This document shows, piece by piece, positions 20,199 through 30,134 of a DNA stretch of 64,000 nucleotides; position 1 is the stretch's first letter, and each line of letters begins with the position of its first letter. The DNA lies in the NCBI GenBank assembly GCA_965197475.1, contig CBDANF010000003.1, positions 1,824,001-1,888,000 of the forward strand, read 5' to 3'. The notes beneath the pieces were generated by a model that was not told the origin of the DNA, searched no databases, and saw only the letters and a program-made list of their open reading frames with translations. Both the position numbers and the translations under genes were made by a program. The stretch is from Candidatus Poribacteria bacterium (GTDB lineage: Bacteria > Poribacteria > WGA-4E > WGA-3G).

Positions 20199-21876
20199 AG
20201 GTAAACTACGATATCTGTTTACCCGTGTGGTTCTGCTTTTCAAGCGCACTCGGCGTAACTTCACTTCAAGCACACTATGTCGCTGTCGTTTTCGCTATCG
20301 GAAGTACCCTATCACCTTACTCACCTGCCTCTTAATGCTCACTGTTTTGGTTGGTGGGTGTGCGAGCCATCGACTGGAGACATACCAAGAATTGCGTAGT
20401 GCTGAGGTACAACCACCAGCGTATTACTATACGGAAGTAGAAAAAAAACTTGCCAGTACTAAAAGCGAACCGATTGTAGAATCAGACCCGTTTCTCAGCG
20501 AGATTGAAGCAAAGGTGTTGAAATACCAAAAACAGTGGCAAGCTCAATTAGAAAGTGAAGCACCGATACCAAATCTGTTTTACGATCTTTCAACAGACAC
20601 TATGAAAGCCTATCGGCAATTGGCAGCGTCACCTGAAGAAGCGAAAACCCGACTTACTCAACCTGTTGTGTTGGAACTCCTTGTAGCATTTGGGTACGAA
20701 TGGAACCCGGGTTTGAAATCTGCCCGTGAAAAAATTCGGGCGGTACTGGAGCAGTATCCCCAAGCTGTTTACTTAGAGAATGTGTTACGTCAGTATAACG
20801 CTTTCACAAAACAACTTGATACGAAAGTTGGACCGTTGAGCCATAAAGAGATGATGGCAATGAAATTTCCGTTCCCAGGGACCTTAGCCTTGAAAGGGCA
20901 GATTATCACTGAAGATGTGCTAATTGCCCAAAAAGAGTTTGAGATCGCACTACGAGATCTAGTGACTGAGATCAAGTTAGCCTACTACGATTATCTTTTT
21001 GTCATTGAAGCAACCCATATTAACGAAGAAAATCAAGAATTACTGAAACAGATGATTGCTATTGCCCAGGCGAAGTTTCGCGTTGGGCAAGGCAAATATT
21101 CAAACATTATCATGGCACAGGTGGAGTTATCGAAATTGGCAAATTCGATTATTACGCTTGAACAACAACGAGAAACCATCATTGCGCGTCTCAATACATT
21201 GTTGAATTTTTCAGCGGATATGCCATTGGGTGCTCCAATACCTATTGAGGATGTCTACGTAACCGCTACCCTAGCTGACCTGTATAAGCTGGCTGTTGAA
21301 CACCGACATGAAATCCAAAAACAGAAGTTGGCAATCAGTAAGATGGGCTTGGCGGTGGAGATGGCAAAGCAAATGACATATCCTGATCCGACCCTCGGTG
21401 CAAGTTACTTTGAAAACCGGAGCATGGCGGACTTGAAACATACGAAAAAAATGCCGATGACATTTTCCACACGACGGACATTGAATCCGGCAAATACTGC
21501 GTGGTTCGGACACCGAAATTCGTACATCCACGAAATGGATGTAAAGATTGAAGCGATTGAGCATCAAATTGAAGAGCTTGAGAGCAATCTCCGCTTTGTT
21601 GTGAAAAAACATCATTTTGGGATGGAAACCGCAAATCGGAGTATTCGCCTTTATCGTCAGACGCTGCTTCCACAAGCACAACAGGCGTTGGATGCCTCGA
21701 ATTCAGCCTATCAGGCAGCGCAAATCGATTTTTTGAGTTTTCTTGATGCACAACGCACTTTATTAAAATTGAAGATTGAGGAACAGCGAGCATTGCGCGA
21801 TTATCGCCAACATCTCGCACAGTTGGAACAGGTAGTTGGCGTGATTTTGCCCAAACAACCACTGACCCAGAAGTAG
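20176..21876 (+). CDS. TolC/CusC-family outer-membrane efflux lipoprotein 2
   Basis: LVGGC lipobox, FPFPG.L.LKG, IDFLSFLDAQR; start uncertain. Confidence 0.88.
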   Translation: MIHILCSKGKLRYLFTRVVLLFKRTRRNFTSSTLCRCRFRYRKYPITLLTCLLMLTVLVGGCASHRLETYQELRSAEVQPPAYYYTEVEKKLASTKSEPIVESDPFLSEIEAKVLKYQKQWQAQLESEAPIPNLFYDLSTDTMKAYRQLAASPEEAKTRLTQPVVLELLVAFGYEWNPGLKSAREKIRAVLEQYPQAVYLENVLRQYNAFTKQLDTKVGPLSHKEMMAMKFPFPGTLALKGQIITEDVLIAQKEFEIALRDLVTEIKLAYYDYLFVIEATHINEENQELLKQMIAIAQAKFRVGQGKYSNIIMAQVELSKLANSIITLEQQRETIIARLNTLLNFSADMPLGAPIPIEDVYVTATLADLYKLAVEHRHEIQKQKLAISKMGLAVEMAKQMTYPDPTLGASYFENRSMADLKHTKKMPMTFSTRRTLNPANTAWFGHRNSYIHEMDVKIEAIEHQIEELESNLRFVVKKHHFGMETANRSIRLYRQTLLPQAQQALDASNSAYQAAQIDFLSFLDAQRTLLKLKIEEQRALRDYRQHLAQLEQVVGVILPKQPLTQK

Positions 21877-21982
21877 CGTTTTCTTGCATAGGATTTTAGA
21901 GTTCGCTAATTGCGAATTCCTTCTGGGAGGCGCGTATTTAAGCTATAAAACTGTAACGCAAACAATACAAGGAGTTTACAAA

Positions 21983-23893
21983 ATGCTTAGAAATTTCTGC
22001 CTCGCAACCACACTAATAATCACCGTGCTTTTCACATTTGGCTGTAGTCAGCAAGAGAACGCTGATGAAATGAAGCATCATGTTAGCAAAAGGCTCGACA
22101 CAAAATCTGAGAATACCACAGGCGTGGATGAACACACTGGCCATGCGGAAATGGCGATGTCTACTGACGAGAAAAAAAACATTCGTTTCTGGACTTGTGT
22201 TATGCACCCCACAGTCAAAATGCAAGAGTCCGGAAGTTGTCCAGTCTGTAAAATGGATCTCATTCCCATTTACGAGGGTTCAGGACTGGAACTAACTGAG
22301 CAACAGAAGGCACTGATTCCAGTGCGCACTGAGCCTGTCGCTTTTCGCAAAGTTGCACGTGAAATCCGAACTGTCGGTGTTCTTGATTACAATGAAACCC
22401 GAATGGCTTATGCGTCAACCCGTATCTCCGGGTGGATTGAGGACTTGCACGTTGATTTCACCGGTATCAAGGTGCGCGAGGGCGATGAACTCTTATCTAT
22501 CTATAGCCCAGAGTTAGTCGTCGCGCAAGAGGAATATCTAACAGCACTCAAAAGTGTGGGAGAACTTCAAAATACAGAATATGTGGACCTCCTCCGATCG
22601 ATTAAACTAAATCTCACCGCTGCTGAATCCAAACTGAAATTGTACGGATTAACCGGAAACCAAATAGAGGATATCCGCAACCGCGGCGAAGTCAGCACCG
22701 TTTTGCCACTCTATGCACCTATCGCGGGGACTGTTGTTCACATGAACGTCATGCAGGGGCAACACCTCAACAAAGGGACGAATCTTTACCGCATCGCAGA
22801 CCTCAGCAGCTTGTGGATCATGGCGGACGTTTACGAATATGAACTGCCGTGGATTTACATGGGGCAAGTTGTCGAAATTACGGCACAATCGATGCCGGGA
22901 AAAACGTTCTCCGGCAAAGTTACCTACATTTATCCGTTCTTTGATGCTAATACCCGCACCCAGAAAGTGCAGGTGGCTGTCGCGAATCCGAACGAGGAAC
23001 TCCGTCCAGGAATGTATGTGACACTCCGCATGAAACCTACGCTCGCAGAAATCTATACCCGGGGCGGTATGTCCGAGGATCCCTATGCATGTCCAATGCA
23101 TCCATGGATTACGTCCGAACACGCTAGCGAATGTGATATATGTGGTATGGATTTAGAGCCAACACATTCCGATGTCATGGCATCCGAGCCGATGTCTGGA
23201 ACAGAGGGAAAGTGGTCATGTCCGATGCATCCGGAAGCGCAATCTGATGAATTCGGCGAATGCTCTATCTGTGGTATGGATCTTGTTGAAAAAGCAAAAG
23301 CACCTTCAGAGACAACATCCGTGTGGACATGTCCGATGCATCCGGAGGTTCAGTCTGATGAATTCGGTGAATGCTCTATCTGTGGTATGGATCTCGTTGA
23401 AAAACAACCAGCAGCAGTTAGTGGAGTGCAAGCACATGCATCTCATACACATACCGCGCCTGTCATCCAGACGAATCTGCCGGCTCTCGTTTTCAAATAC
23501 GTGTGTCCTGATCATCCTGATGAATATGCGACCGTGCCAGGGCTATGTCCACGTGATGGAAAACCGCTCGCTATGACAGGAGAAGTTCTAACTATTCCGA
23601 AGAGTGCAGTCATTGACACCGGTTTACGGAAAGTCGTTTTCGTGGATCGCGGTGAATCCGGGTATGAGCAGGTTGAAGTTGAAGTCGGACCGGAAGCTTG
23701 GGGTACAGATGACAATTCAAAGATGAACCGCCGCTACTATCCGATCGTTAGCGGGCTGACCCCCGGTGATACCGTTGTCACCCATGGCAACTTCTTGATA
23801 GATTCGCAGACGCAGTTAACAGGCTCCGCATCAGGTGCTTATGGAGGGGCACTCGGCGGTGAAGAATCAAAAGCCCCTGTCCATCAGCATTAA
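21983..23893 (+). CDS. cusB: CusB/SilB-type RND periplasmic adaptor with five C-x-M/D-H-P heavy-metal-binding domains
   Basis: Lipobox TFGC, GWIEDL.VDFTG, IYSPEL..AQEEY, LRPGMY, FLIDSQ; five CxxHP...CxxC/D modules. Confidence 0.9.
   Translation: MLRNFCLATTLIITVLFTFGCSQQENADEMKHHVSKRLDTKSENTTGVDEHTGHAEMAMSTDEKKNIRFWTCVMHPTVKMQESGSCPVCKMDLIPIYEGSGLELTEQQKALIPVRTEPVAFRKVAREIRTVGVLDYNETRMAYASTRISGWIEDLHVDFTGIKVREGDELLSIYSPELVVAQEEYLTALKSVGELQNTEYVDLLRSIKLNLTAAESKLKLYGLTGNQIEDIRNRGEVSTVLPLYAPIAGTVVHMNVMQGQHLNKGTNLYRIADLSSLWIMADVYEYELPWIYMGQVVEITAQSMPGKTFSGKVTYIYPFFDANTRTQKVQVAVANPNEELRPGMYVTLRMKPTLAEIYTRGGMSEDPYACPMHPWITSEHASECDICGMDLEPTHSDVMASEPMSGTEGKWSCPMHPEAQSDEFGECSICGMDLVEKAKAPSETTSVWTCPMHPEVQSDEFGECSICGMDLVEKQPAAVSGVQAHASHTHTAPVIQTNLPALVFKYVCPDHPDEYATVPGLCPRDGKPLAMTGEVLTIPKSAVIDTGLRKVVFVDRGESGYEQVEVEVGPEAWGTDDNSKMNRRYYPIVSGLTPGDTVVTHGNFLIDSQTQLTGSASGAYGGALGGEESKAPVHQH
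23213..23404 (+). repeat. Near-identical ~81-nt duplication (111-nt period) encoding two metal-binding modules
   Basis: WSCPMHPEAQSDEFGECSICGMDLVEK versus WTCPMHPEVQSDEFGECSICGMDLVEK. Confidence 0.85.
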
Positions 23894-23993
23894 TCTGAGG
23901 ATTTCTTTAGCTGGGATCTGAAATTGTGAGTGCAAACTACTCTTACGGAAAGATTGCGCTAACAAAATACATCTACAAAAAGCGAGAAAGAAC

Positions 23994-26900
23994 ATGATTA
24001 ACCGAATTATTGAAATCTGTATGAAGAACCGCCTGTTGGTGTTAGTTATCTTTGTATTCGTCACAATGGCGGGTTGGTGGGCATTGAACCGTACACCAAT
24101 TGATGCGCTACCTGACATCGGCGAAAACCAGGTTATTGTCTTCGCGGATTGGCCCGGACGAAGTCCTCGGGATATTGAAGATCAGGTTATCTATCCGTTG
24201 AGTATCACTATGCTTGGGATTCCCGATGTCAAAGATGTTCGCTCAACCGCAATGTTTAGCTTTGGCTATATTAACATTATCTTCAAAGATGATGTTGATT
24301 TCTATTGGGCCCGCACACGAGTACTGGAACGGATGAATCTTGCGCAAAAAGATATGCCAGCGGGTGTTGTACCGATCCTCGGTCCCGATGCAACCGGTGT
24401 CGGGCAAGTATTCTGGTATACCGTTGAAAATGGGTACTATTGCCCTAACCATCCGACAGAACGCTATGCGGTGCCTGGTAAATGTCCGGAAGATGGAGAA
24501 ACACTGATTGCCTCTAATTTAGAGCTTCATGAACTTCGGACGCTTCAAGACTGGACGGTTCGTTACTATCTTGCCTCTGCTGATGGTATCTCCGAGGTTG
24601 CCTCAGTCGGTGGATATGTTAAACAGTATCAGATTGACATCGATCCGAATACTTTATTAGCCTATAATGTGCCATTGTCCGCTGTTTACAACGCTATCCG
24701 TGGGAGTAACCTTGATGTTGGTGCCAAGGTTATTGAGGAAGGCGGAATGGAATTCCTGATTCGGGGTTTAGGTTTTATCAAAAGCATTGAGGACATAGAA
24801 AATATTGTTGTCAAAGCACATAACGGTGTGCCTATCTACGTCAAGAACCTTGGAACAGTCAGCGAAGGTCCCGACTTCCGGCGCGGTGCTTTAGACAAGG
24901 CTGGCATCCCCGCGACCGGTGGGGTCGTGCTAATGCGCTACGGTGATAATCCACTGCGCGTGATCGAGAACGTCAAGGCGAAAATAGCAGAACTTACACC
25001 TGGACTCCCGCCGGGGGTCCGAATTGTTTCGTTCTATGACCGAAGCCATCTCATTCACCGCGCAACGGATACACTGAAGGAAACACTAACGGAGGAAATC
25101 ATCGTCGCGGCGGTTATTATCCTGCTTTTCTTAGGACAAGTTTCAAGTAGTATGATAATAGCACTTGTCTTACCGATGGGTGTTCTGCTTGCGTTTGTGG
25201 GTATGCGGGTTATTGGTTTACCGTCGAACATCATGTCTATGGGTGGCATCGCCATCGCGATTGGCGTTATGGTGGATGCAGGTATTGTAATGACAGAAAA
25301 TATCACGCGCCATTTACAGGAACCCCACGCAGGTGAAAGTAAGCTGCAAGTCGTAACCCGTGCTGCTAAAGAGGTAGGTCCACCCATCTTCTTTGCAATG
25401 CTCATTGTTATCGTTGCTTTCATACCTGTCTTTTCGCTTACCGGCCAAGCAGGTAAACTCTTCAAACCGCTTGCCTATACAAAAACTTTTGCTATGCTTG
25501 GTGCAGCCCTCATAGCGATTAGTCTGGTGCCAGTTTTAGCGTCATTTCTACTCACGGACCCAACCCGTACACGGACAGGTGTAGTTTCCAAGCGAGTGGC
25601 ACAGTTCTTTGCGCTACTAAGTTGGCCCTTGAGAAAGTTAGCGGATGGGATTACGTGGATACTCAGAACTAGCTATCGTCCGATTATTCAGTTGGCTGTA
25701 AAGAATATCTGGACTAAACTCACCGTTGTTGCCCTGGCAGTGTTAGCTTTTGCCGTAAGCATACCGTTGACTCCTTTCTATAAAAATATTGGGCAAGAAT
25801 TCATGCCTCCACTTAACGAAGGGGCGTTGCTATTTATGCCGGTGCTGCTTCCAGGTGCTTCAATTACCCAAGCAAAAGATATAATGGCAAAGCAGGATTT
25901 GATTATGAATCAATTCCCAGAGGTTTCGCTTGTAGTAGGGAAACTAGGACGTGCAACAACAGCGACCGACCCCGCTCCAATTGGCATGTTTGAAACCATC
26001 GTCAATATAGTTGACCCTGCGGAGTGGCTCCGACGCGCTATTAAACGAGACTCAACAACGGAACTTGTGCAACATCTTGTCCAACGCTTAAGAAGCGAGG
26101 AACTTATAAGCGAGGAACATGCGAGCCATATTAACGCCGATTTTCTGGATGACATTGTTACAGCGACCGCAGAGCGATTTGATACTTTAGCGACAACATA
26201 TCACAATTCTTATTTATCAGTTGACGAGCGCGAGAAACTCTATCGTATCTGGTTATTACGGATCCTTTTGGAAGAACTTTTAGTTGAAAAGCGGGCTGAG
26301 GGAATGGGATTGGAACAAGTCAAAATTGGTGAATCTGAAACTGAGACGAAACTTCATCGGATCGCCGAGGAAATTGAACCTACTCTCAAGCATAAGACTT
26401 ACTTCCGGACCAAGAACCGCAACGAACTCATCACCGAACTAACGGAGGCTACCCGAATGCCTGGGGTTTCACCCATTATGACGCAGCCCATACGCAATCG
26501 CGTTGATATGCTTGCAACAGGCATACAAACTCCAATCGGAATTAAAGTGTTTGGTAAGGACCTCGCGAAGATTGAAGAGATTGCGGTACGGATTGAGCAG
26601 GAACTCCTTAAACTTGAAGGGGCACAGGGTCCTTATGCCGAGCGCATTGGAAATAAGCCGTACCTCGAATTTCATATTGACCGAGAGGAAGCCGCGCGCT
26701 ATGGTATCCAAATCCAAACGGTACAACAAATCATCATGACGGCAATCGGTGGCATGAATTTGACCTATACCGTTGAAGGGCGGGAGCGATTTCCGATTCG
26801 TATCCGTTACATGAGAGAGTTGCGGGATAATGTTGAAGCACTCAAGCGAGTCTTCGTTCCAACACCAAAAGGACTCCATATTCCGCTTGAGCAACTCGTA

Positions 26901-27662
26901 AAAATCGAAAGGCGGCCGGGTCCCGCGAAGATCGCGAGCGAAAATACACTGCTCTTTTCCCGCGTCTTTTGTGATGTAGATGTTGACACCATTGGACTGG
27001 TCGACTTCGTCACATTAGCCCAAAAGACGCTTGATGAAAAGATTAAGCCAACTTTACCTCAAGGCTACTTCTACGCTTTTAGCGGACAGTACGAAGCTGA
27101 ACTGGAAGCTCGCGATCGATTAACAATTGTAGTACCCGTGTGTATTGTTGTCATTTTCATATTGCTATACCTTCAATTCAAGTCGCCTTCTGCGATGTTT
27201 TCGATCTTCCTTGCGATTCCTTTTGCATTCATCGGCGGCATGTGGATGCAGTGGTTAATGCAATACATACCGGAGGCACTCGGCGGCGGTTACGCCATTA
27301 AATACAGTACAGCAGTGTGGGTCGGGTATATAGCCTTATTCGGCATAGCCGTTGAAGATGGAATCGTTTTAATTGAATATCTACTGGAACGTGTCCGCGG
27401 CGGTGAACCTATTGACGAGGCGGTAGTCAATGCTGGTTTATTGCGCGTCCGACCTATCATCATGACCACGGCAACGACAGTGCTGGCGTTATTGCCAATC
27501 ATGTTAGCGGAAATCAGTACTACCACCGGCGCGGAATTGATGAAGCCCATCGCTGTACCTACCTTCGGTGGCATGGTCACGGCAACAGTGGCTAACCTGA
27601 TCTTGGCACCTGTATTATTCTCCCTCTTCTATCCGATTGAACGTTGGGTTCACCAACGGTAA
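23994..27662 (+). CDS. cusA: CusA/SilA-family Cu(I)/Ag(I) RND efflux permease
   Basis: DALPDIGENQVI, LGPDATGVG, IAIAIGVMVD; Met-triad-like FMP, PIGMFET and RVDML; RVRPIIMT. Confidence 0.93.
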   Translation: MINRIIEICMKNRLLVLVIFVFVTMAGWWALNRTPIDALPDIGENQVIVFADWPGRSPRDIEDQVIYPLSITMLGIPDVKDVRSTAMFSFGYINIIFKDDVDFYWARTRVLERMNLAQKDMPAGVVPILGPDATGVGQVFWYTVENGYYCPNHPTERYAVPGKCPEDGETLIASNLELHELRTLQDWTVRYYLASADGISEVASVGGYVKQYQIDIDPNTLLAYNVPLSAVYNAIRGSNLDVGAKVIEEGGMEFLIRGLGFIKSIEDIENIVVKAHNGVPIYVKNLGTVSEGPDFRRGALDKAGIPATGGVVLMRYGDNPLRVIENVKAKIAELTPGLPPGVRIVSFYDRSHLIHRATDTLKETLTEEIIVAAVIILLFLGQVSSSMIIALVLPMGVLLAFVGMRVIGLPSNIMSMGGIAIAIGVMVDAGIVMTENITRHLQEPHAGESKLQVVTRAAKEVGPPIFFAMLIVIVAFIPVFSLTGQAGKLFKPLAYTKTFAMLGAALIAISLVPVLASFLLTDPTRTRTGVVSKRVAQFFALLSWPLRKLADGITWILRTSYRPIIQLAVKNIWTKLTVVALAVLAFAVSIPLTPFYKNIGQEFMPPLNEGALLFMPVLLPGASITQAKDIMAKQDLIMNQFPEVSLVVGKLGRATTATDPAPIGMFETIVNIVDPAEWLRRAIKRDSTTELVQHLVQRLRSEELISEEHASHINADFLDDIVTATAERFDTLATTYHNSYLSVDEREKLYRIWLLRILLEELLVEKRAEGMGLEQVKIGESETETKLHRIAEEIEPTLKHKTYFRTKNRNELITELTEATRMPGVSPIMTQPIRNRVDMLATGIQTPIGIKVFGKDLAKIEEIAVRIEQELLKLEGAQGPYAERIGNKPYLEFHIDREEAARYGIQIQTVQQIIMTAIGGMNLTYTVEGRERFPIRIRYMRELRDNVEALKRVFVPTPKGLHIPLEQLVKIERRPGPAKIASENTLLFSRVFCDVDVDTIGLVDFVTLAQKTLDEKIKPTLPQGYFYAFSGQYEAELEARDRLTIVVPVCIVVIFILLYLQFKSPSAMFSIFLAIPFAFIGGMWMQWLMQYIPEALGGGYAIKYSTAVWVGYIALFGIAVEDGIVLIEYLLERVRGGEPIDEAVVNAGLLRVRPIIMTTATTVLALLPIMLAEISTTTGAELMKPIAVPTFGGMVTATVANLILAPVLFSLFYPIERWVHQR

Positions 27663-27786
27663 GAGAGAACTGTAAGGATTACTTTACTTTCAACAATTGT
27701 AGGTTCGGATCAATCTATCCGTTTTCGAGCTTGGCGTTTTTCTGAATCTGTTGGATCCGATCTTTATCTGTAATTTTGATTTTCAA

Positions 27787-27885
27787 TAGGACTTACGCAG
27801 CGCGTTCAGAAGTCCCCTGATAAGGGGGATTTAGGGGGTTTAAAAAGCAAAATCTACCAGCGCGTCTAAATTTGCGTAAGTCCTG
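27787..27885. mobile_element. MITE of the AGGACTTACGCA-TIR family
   Basis: taggacttacgca ... tgcgtaagtcctg with 5-bp direct repeat TTCAA on both sides. Confidence 0.75.
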
Positions 27886-27973
27886 TTCAATTAAGGTTTG
27901 AGGCTTGACTTCACAACTATAGCGGTGGTATCTGTTCGAACATTTGTCACTACGAAGTCAAATTGGAGGAATC

Positions 27974-28588
27974 ATGAAACTTCTGACTACATTCAGCATC
28001 TGTATACTCGTTGGTCTTGTAGGGGGACCAACTGTCGGTACTGCACTTGAACTTGAAAAATACTCGCATATTGCAAAAGGCGGTGTAATAAGCGTTGGTC
28101 GCGGATTAGCGATTACTGATGACGAATTGGAAATAGCACGCACCGAAGAATTCTCCGTAGGATTTCAGTTGACATCTGTACTCCGATTCTCAGTTCCATT
28201 TGGTAGTTACACCGTAGATACTCGTGGAAGTAATGCAGATATCCTGCCCTTCGGAATGCTGGATGTTGAGACTGTTGGCACGATGCTGACACTCGGTGGA
28301 CGTGGGAAATGGGCACCGTTTATTGGACTCGGAACAAATTTCTACGCTTTTACTGAACAATTCGCTGCACCCGCGAATATCCAGAACACTTTTGGCGCGG
28401 AAGCGTCTACTGGAATCAACATAAAACTTATTGATAGCATTTTTGGGGTGGCACAGTTGAGCGGGTCGTTTGGCTATCAGTTCAGTTTTTTAAGACCGAG
28501 GGTTAGTGTCCCTACCAGACCAGACGTTGAAGCGTTATCCTTAAGCCGCCATAGTATCACCTTTCGGTTGGAGGTCTTGGGCTTATAA
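27974..28588 (+). CDS. Small outer-membrane beta-barrel (OmpW-like)
   Basis: GGAGG RBS, signal peptide, PFIGLG.NFY and alternating beta-strand pattern. Confidence 0.6.
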   Translation: MKLLTTFSICILVGLVGGPTVGTALELEKYSHIAKGGVISVGRGLAITDDELEIARTEEFSVGFQLTSVLRFSVPFGSYTVDTRGSNADILPFGMLDVETVGTMLTLGGRGKWAPFIGLGTNFYAFTEQFAAPANIQNTFGAEASTGINIKLIDSIFGVAQLSGSFGYQFSFLRPRVSVPTRPDVEALSLSRHSITFRLEVLGL

Positions 28589-28712
28589 AGTAAAGTACGA
28601 GCGAACGGAAGGGCGAATGTGTCTTTCACCTTTCCATTCTTTCAAACCTTTCTTGTTCATCCCGTGTGAACTGAGCAACTTCGGTTATAAATAGTTGAAT
28701 CGGTAACCTATA

Positions 28713-28833
28713 CAGAGGCATTCAGTTCTCCCGTAGTTTTGATCTTCCGATTGAAAACTTTTTTGTAGGAGCGACCTCCCGGTCGCTACTCTTTCCCTAA
28801 AATCGGCAAAACATAGAAAACTGAATGACTCTG
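28713..28833. mobile_element. MITE with CAGAG-CATTCAGTT TIRs and 10-bp target duplication
   Basis: cagaggcattcagttctc ... gaaaactgaatgactctg; flanks gtaacctata / gtcacctata; internal gtaggagcgac..gtcgctac REP-like hairpin. Confidence 0.7.
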
Positions 28834-29096
28834 GTCACCTATAGGAAAAGTCTTCCTGAAAATAAGGATTTCTGATAAACTTATGGGGATGCCAAAAAAA
28901 GTGGATTTGGACGTAACTAACTAACAACGCTGAGAAATCATTGAACTGCTGCCAAAACTACCCACTTAACGAAAAAGGAACCTTAGTTGGCAAAGATGTC
29001 ATAGAAGTTATCCTTACACTTGGGTTTGTTCATGCCACTGGCTTCCTACGTATGTATGCTGATGAAAAGGTTTATGATACTATAAGGAGATTGTAG

Positions 29097-30068
29097 ATGT
29101 TTTTCCAAATCTATCGCTATCCTCAAATAGGTATTCTGTTAGCACTGGTTTTTTTGATATTAAGCGCGCCTCTACTCAGTAACGCGCGTGAATTAGAGCA
29201 CCCTGGTCAAAAACTGGCGGCTATTTTCCCAACAACCAAGAAATTTGTTCAACGAAACCCTGTCCTTACTCCAGATAAGATAGCCTCTATTGAGAAGGAA
29301 CTCGGAGTTAAGCTTCGGTCAGAAGACTTGGAACCGATTTTCTATATCCCGATTAGTGAGCAAAAGAAACCGCTTGGCTTAGTACTGTTCGTTGATCTGA
29401 AGGGACCACGTGGTCCTATTGACGGTGCTGTTGGACTCAACATGAAGGGTAAAGTGGTGAAAGTAACCATCTATGAGCACAAGGAATCGGATGCGATTGC
29501 ATCAGAGAAGTTTCTCAAGCAATTCATCGGTAAAGGAATAGACGATGCTATCAAGATAGGCAAGGATGTTGAGGCCGTTAAAGGGCATGAAGAGGCATCA
29601 AAAGCGGTCGCCTTGATCCCGAAAAAGACACTGGTCATGAGTTACGCGCTCTTCCTCAAGCGAAAGCCAAAGTCGGATGTGGAAAAGCAACCGACGGAAC
29701 CGCCCGAAGAGATGCCTGAAGTCGAGGACCTCAAGGAACTCATGATATTGATGGTAGATGCCTATTTTGAAATCGTTGATTACTTCGACACAGGTAAGGA
29801 GAAAGCAAAAGCTGTTGCCGCTGCCAAAAAACTCGCCACCTACGCAAAAGGGATCGCAAATTTTGAACCACCGAAGAACGCTGATCAGAAGGAAGAGTAT
29901 GCCGAGATGCAGGATAAGTTTAGCAAAACCCTTACAGAATTTGCTGAAGCACTTGATAAGAACGGAATTTCTGACGAGGCGCGTAAGCAGTGGGATGAGA
30001 TCGAAGCGTTAATAAAACAGGCACACATTCGATTTAGCGAAGAAGAGATTGACCTTGAGACGTATTAA
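29097..30068 (+). CDS. Exported FMN-binding-domain protein fused to a helical C-terminal domain
   Basis: KG.RGPI..AVGL...GKV..V.IYEH.ES....EKFL.QF.GK pattern; signal peptide. Confidence 0.7.
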   Translation: MFFQIYRYPQIGILLALVFLILSAPLLSNARELEHPGQKLAAIFPTTKKFVQRNPVLTPDKIASIEKELGVKLRSEDLEPIFYIPISEQKKPLGLVLFVDLKGPRGPIDGAVGLNMKGKVVKVTIYEHKESDAIASEKFLKQFIGKGIDDAIKIGKDVEAVKGHEEASKAVALIPKKTLVMSYALFLKRKPKSDVEKQPTEPPEEMPEVEDLKELMILMVDAYFEIVDYFDTGKEKAKAVAAAKKLATYAKGIANFEPPKNADQKEEYAEMQDKFSKTLTEFAEALDKNGISDEARKQWDEIEALIKQAHIRFSEEEIDLETY

Positions 30069-30134
30069 AAGCTGTACTGAATAGGGCGGGTGTCAAAATC
30101 CGCCCTACATCCATTTCATAATAAGGAATTTATC

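Noticed and set aside
28660-28700. aactgagca resembling the start of a NiCo riboswitch
   Set aside because: The remainder of the motif and its multi-stem junction are absent.
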